Shown piece by piece: positions 41,462 to 42,973 of a stretch of DNA of 42,973 nucleotides. The notes beneath the pieces were generated by a model, which was not told where the DNA came from, ran no database searches, and saw nothing but the letters and a program-made list of their open reading frames with translations. Numbering within the stretch: position 1 is the stretch's first letter; every line of letters starts with the position of its first letter. The translations under genes were made by a program, and so were the position numbers. The DNA comes from Kagunavirus LM08P1, in sequence record OZ035812.1, one strand, 5' to 3'.

Positions 41462-41545
41462 ATGAGTCTTGAGGTTGTTATAAGTCTGGTCGGCCTTAGT
41501 TACTTCATAGGGTTGTTGGTTGGCGTTCTGTGGGGTAAATATTAA
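41462..41545 (+). CDS. very small hydrophobic peptide (27 aa)
   Basis: Manual ORF MSLEVVISLVGLSYFIGLLVGVLWGKY; stop overlaps next ATG. Confidence 0.3.
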   Translation: MSLEVVISLVGLSYFIGLLVGVLWGKY

Positions 41546-41715
41546 TGTTCAGTGACATTAACGCGGCAATCGAAGAGGCAATCTGGCGCCGCTACAATGG
41601 CGAGCAACAGCGGCACTTCTGCCTGGTGCAACGGGGTAACATGATTGCCGTAGTACAGGACCGCGATAACAAGTATACGAATGCGATGTGGACAACGAGG
41701 AATTTCTTAGGATGA
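41545..41715 (+). CDS. small hypothetical protein (56 aa)
   Basis: Manual ORF; ATGA overlap with next gene. Confidence 0.35.
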   Translation: MFSDINAAIEEAIWRRYNGEQQRHFCLVQRGNMIAVVQDRDNKYTNAMWTTRNFLG

Positions 41716-41948
41716 TTACCAGCATTCCGAATCTGATTAAAGAATTTGGCACGATGGCGGAGACATGCCGTCAAACAGGCATCAACGAAATGACGATTGC
41801 GAAGTACAGTAAAGACGTTAACTGTGAGCGCCATGTAATTTATAACAACCGGCTGATGACGCACGTTAAGACAAGCCCGGTGTTATTCACACGCCGGGGT
41901 ATCACTAAAACTGAGCAACGTATAGCTAAAGAGGAGAGTGGGGAATGA
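41712..41948 (+). CDS. hypothetical protein
   Basis: ORF frame 41688..41948; ATG at 41712. Confidence 0.45.
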   Translation: MITSIPNLIKEFGTMAETCRQTGINEMTIAKYSKDVNCERHVIYNNRLMTHVKTSPVLFTRRGITKTEQRIAKEESGE

Positions 41949-42241
41949 GTGAGATGAAACCTTGCAGATGTTGTGGCATTAAACAAAGCCCGGTTGATGA
42001 AAAGAACGCTGAATACGAAACACTCGTCAGCTTAGTGCTTCAATGTGGTGATGAGAAGCAATTATTGACTCTTATCGACATTATGCGGTCCAAGATAACA
42101 ACCTGTGTATCGTCGTCTGACCCTAACAAACTGCCGTACCCTGATAAAGAGTTGTGGCACGTACGAATCATGGCTGATGCTGTTATGATTTTGCAGGATA
42201 AGTTATTAACCCGTAGTATGCGAAAGGAGGGCGGGGAATGA
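41945..42241 (+). CDS. hypothetical protein
   Basis: 98 aa; RBS GAGGAGAGTGGGG; N-terminal CRCCG cysteine cluster. Confidence 0.5.
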   Translation: MSEMKPCRCCGIKQSPVDEKNAEYETLVSLVLQCGDEKQLLTLIDIMRSKITTCVSSSDPNKLPYPDKELWHVRIMADAVMILQDKLLTRSMRKEGGE

Positions 42242-42339
42242 GACTACTAATCATCCCCAACGCATGGGCTATCGCCGTAGCTAACGACCATTACGGCGGC
42301 GATGGTAAAAGAGCACCACGACACGGCCTATATAACTGA
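42238..42339 (+). CDS. very small hypothetical protein (33 aa)
   Basis: Manual ORF after GGAGGG; followed by terminator. Confidence 0.3.
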   Translation: MRLLIIPNAWAIAVANDHYGGDGKRAPRHGLYN

Positions 42340-42344
42340 TACAA

Positions 42345-42367
42345 GCCCTCTACGGAGGGCTTTTCTG
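42345..42367 (+). terminator. intrinsic terminator
   Basis: GCCCTC-TACG-GAGGGC hairpin followed by TTTTCTG. Confidence 0.6.
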
Positions 42368-42460
42368 TACATCCCGCCCAATCCCCTTATATAATCCCTT
42401 TAGACGCGTAGGGCGCGTCTGGTGCGCTCTGATGGTCAGACGCATATGCAAGGGGATTCT

Positions 42461-42973
42461 ATGAAGCTGAAACTCAAGCAGCCATCGCCAGAGGTGGTGC
42501 AAGCCGCGCATGAAGAGGCTGTTAGTGCCAACCGTCGCCGTAAACGGCCACGCGGCAAACAGAGCCTTTACCAGTCATCCCGTAATTCTGCGGCATTGTG
42601 GGACCCGGACTATTGTGACGAACTGATTCGTTTCTTTGACCGCAACTCGTGGGAACTTGTGCCCACGTCCAAGGGTGATGAACGTCCTCTTATTCAGGAT
42701 AAGCCCCCGTCACTGGCCCGCTTCGCCTTACACATCGGCGTCACTATCCCTATTATTAAGCTTTGGCTGCGTGAGATTCCCGCATTTGCAGAAGCCTGGG
42801 AGACAGCACAGGCGCTGGAAGAGGCATACTTCACTGAGACAGGGGCTGCGGGCATCTCGGCTACGTTTGCCGCGGCTAAACTGGGCCTCAGCAAAGAGAA
42901 ACCGGTTGCATCCACCGAAGAACCAGCACCGACTGAGATTGTTTTCAGTGTTGCGGAGCCTGTAGGTAAAATC
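42461..42973 (+). CDS. terminase small subunit (3' end runs off window; frame continues at 1..33)
   Basis: ATG 42461 with RBS AAGGGGA; 171 codons without stop to window end; HTH-like segment SLARFALHIGVTIPIIKLWLREIPAFAEAWE typical of small terminase DNA-binding domains; not in ORF track because no stop inside window. Confidence 0.7.
   Translation, partial: MKLKLKQPSPEVVQAAHEEAVSANRRRKRPRGKQSLYQSSRNSAALWDPDYCDELIRFFDRNSWELVPTSKGDERPLIQDKPPSLARFALHIGVTIPIIKLWLREIPAFAEAWETAQALEEAYFTETGAAGISATFAAAKLGLSKEKPVASTEEPAPTEIVFSVAEPVGKI

Noticed and set aside
42636-42965. Track ORF 42636..42965 (+) and 42694..42915 (-)
   Set aside because: Both overlap the small-terminase frame (42461..42973), which has a proper RBS and recognisable DNA-binding segment; these are alternative-frame artefacts.
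1-42973. Search for integrase, CRISPR array, tRNA genes or toxin-antitoxin tandem repeats
   Set aside because: No tyrosine/serine recombinase-like ORF, no repeat-spacer array and no tRNA-like cloverleaf were seen by eye; absence is by manual inspection only and should be confirmed with tRNAscan-SE and a CRISPR finder.

Overview
The window reads as a near-complete, circularly permuted genome (about 43 kb) of a tailed dsDNA phage with siphovirus-type gene order, probably of an enterobacterial host. All calls come from reading the sequence and the supplied ORF translations, with motifs recognised from memory; no database search was run. Layout: a terminase small-subunit ORF runs off the 3' end (42461..42973) and appears to finish at 1..33, overlapping the terminase large subunit (30..1280). 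A plus-strand morphogenesis block follows (portal, head morphogenesis protein, scaffold, major capsid, neck, major tail, chaperone with a candidate -1 frameshift, tape measure, tail tip, J-like fibre, beta-helix tailspike, to 24203). A minus-strand replication block spans 24366..35926 (SF2 helicase, VRR-NUC, family A DNA polymerase, DUF2815-like, Cas4-like DUF2800 nuclease, primase-helicase, HTH proteins). A plus-strand block of small early-type genes with holin and endolysin spans 36395..42339. No integrase, tRNA or CRISPR array was found. Main observations beyond ordinary annotation: (1) two paralogous promoter-plus-structured-RNA elements (5163..5397 and 36032..36300) with compensatory hairpin changes and no conserved reading frame; (2) a recurrent ~33 bp promoter/operator element with a palindromic AATAG-N4-CTATT core at about ten sites, always pointing at the adjacent gene; (3) an opposite-strand four-gene island inside the tail module (12183..14162) encoding an HTH-metallophosphoesterase fusion, a small membrane protein and a secreted protein; (4) two further single opposite-strand genes in the head module; (5) a spanin pair located about 34 kb from the holin-endolysin genes; (6) a candidate short RNA with a CCUCC-rich sequence at 40328..40428.
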